Of a DNA stretch of 64,000 bases, positions 62,975-64,000 are shown piece after piece; the stretch's first letter is position 1; each line of letters starts with the position of its first letter. This DNA is from an uncultured Thermoleophilia bacterium. GTDB lineage: Bacteria; Actinomycetota; Thermoleophilia; UBA2241. Location of the stretch: assembly GCA_963702475.1 (NCBI GenBank), contig CAVPCT010000009.1, forward strand, positions 224,001 to 288,000, given 5' to 3'. Below the pieces are notes generated by a model. It did no database searches. It was not told the origin of the DNA and saw only the letters and a program-made list of their open reading frames with translations. The position numbers were made by a program, and so were the translations under genes.

Positions 62975-64000
62975 ATGGCGACTGCACGCCCCAAGTCCAC
63001 ACGGAGGCGCGCGGGCCCTGCGTCGCGTCCCCGGTCGCGCGCGTCCGCAGCCAAGCCGAGCCAGAAGAGCACGCCCTCCGGGCATGGCCGCGAGCTCGCG
63101 GCCATCGCCTGCGTCGCCGTGGCCGTCTTTCTCGCCTTCGTCATCTACCTCGGCTGGGACGGCGGCGTCCTGGGCCGCTGGGCCGGCGACGCCGCCCGCT
63201 GGCTGGTCGGCGTGCTCGTGTACGCCCTTCCGCTGCTGCTGTGCTTCGCCGCCTACCTGCTGCTGGCCCGCGGCGAGCAGCGCCCGCGCCGCGGCCTCAC
63301 GTGGGGACTCGGGACTCATCGTCGCGGCCTTCCTCCTCGCGGCGGCGGCAGACGCCTTTGGCCTCTTCGCCGGCGACCGCCCCGCTGCTCTGTACCGCGA
63401 CTCGTACATGGCCGCCCACGGCGGTGTGACGGGGGAGACCCTGTGGGCGGTGACGCACCCGTTCGTAGGCGGCGTCGGGGTGGACGTGCTCGTGTTGTCC
63501 CTGTTCGTCGCCGGCGTGCTCCTGGTGACCGGCTCGTCGTTGCGGCAGTGGGCGGGGCACTCGCGGCGCGGCGTCGCGGCCGCCGGGCGCGCCGCCCGCA
63601 GCCAGGCCGAAGCGCTCGGGGCGCGACACCGCGACGCCGCCGTCACCCGTGTGCTCGAACCCGACGAGAGCCCTACGCTAGACGGCTCGGAGCACGTGCG
63701 GACCAGCGTCATCACCGTCCCCGAGTTCGACCAGGTGCCCGAGTACCTTCCGCCGGCACCGCCGGAGACCAGGCCGCAGACCCGAGGCCCGCAGCTCATC
63801 GACGGCGTCTACACGGCGCCGGAGATCTTCGGTGGGCCGCCAGACACGCCGCAGGATCCCCACGAGCCGCGACCCCGCAGCGCCCACGAGCCGCCCCCGG
63901 ACCACGAGGCCACGTCGGCCGAGGGCGCCGAGCAGCTCTCGCTCGCCGACGCCGCCGGGGCCGAGCCGGAGGCACAGGCGGCGGCCGTCTCCTTCCACGA
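62975..64000 (+). CDS. ftsK: FtsK/SpoIIIE DNA translocase N-terminus (4TM + linker), 3'-truncated by window edge, +1 frameshift at about 63312
   Basis: Basic N-tail, GG..G TM segments, HGG..G..L, Pro/Glu linker; conserved rnj-ftsK order; motor domain lies outside the window. Confidence 0.75.
   Translation, partial: MATARPKSTRRRAGPASRPRSRASAAKPSQKSTPSGHGRELAAIACVAVAVFLAFVIYLGWDGGVLGRWAGDAARWLVGVLVYALPLLLCFAAYLLLARGEQRPRRGLTWGLGTHRRGLPPRGGGRRLWPLRRRPPRCSVPRLVHGRPRRCDGGDPVGGDAPVRRRRRGGRARVVPVRRRRAPGDRLVVAAVGGALAARRRGRRARRPQPGRSARGATPRRRRHPCARTRREPYARRLGARADQRHHRPRVRPGARVPSAGTAGDQAADPRPAAHRRRLHGAGDLRWAARHAAGSPRAATPQRPRAAPGPRGHVGRGRRAALARRRRRGRAGGTGGGRLLPR

Overview
High-GC bacterial chromosomal window, almost all on the + strand. 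It combines an actinobacterial marker (mihF-gmk-rpoZ-coaBC) with Firmicutes-like gene orders (fakA-degV-recG; yggS-sepF-proC-divIVA; lspA-rluD-pyrR-pyrBC-carAB-pyrK-pyrD; rimP-nusA-ylxR-infB-ylxP-rbfA-nrnA-truB-ribF-rpsO-pnp-M16-dapB-dapA-rnj-ftsK). This suggests a deep-branching Actinomycetota such as Thermoleophilia (inference). The main accessory element is a ~19 kb co-oriented catabolic island (about 13.0-32.07 kb) between rluD and the pyr attenuator. It encodes an ADP-forming acyl-CoA synthetase, a GntR regulator with repeated GTATAC-type sites, a Tat-lipoprotein Opp/Dpp-type ABC importer, an opine-dehydrogenase-fold protein apparently lacking its catalytic His, an M19 dipeptidase, a corrinoid protein, pyrrolysine-free MtmB and MttB methyltransferases, a Cys/Thr proline-racemase-family dehydratase, a beta-keto-acid cleavage enzyme, a beta-amino-acid-type transaminase and a class I transaminase. 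Together these look like an undescribed cobalamin-dependent demethylation and degradation route for N-methylated amino acid or imino acid compounds; the substrate is unknown. Other observations: single-base frameshifts in pyrC and ftsK (probably sequencing errors), an unannotated 54-aa Zn-ribbon microprotein, NusA with a C3H Zn tail, probable leaderless genes, and PyrR, rimP and possible S15 leader RNAs. I saw no tRNA, rRNA, CRISPR array or transposase. All protein calls are from motif recognition by eye, with no database search.
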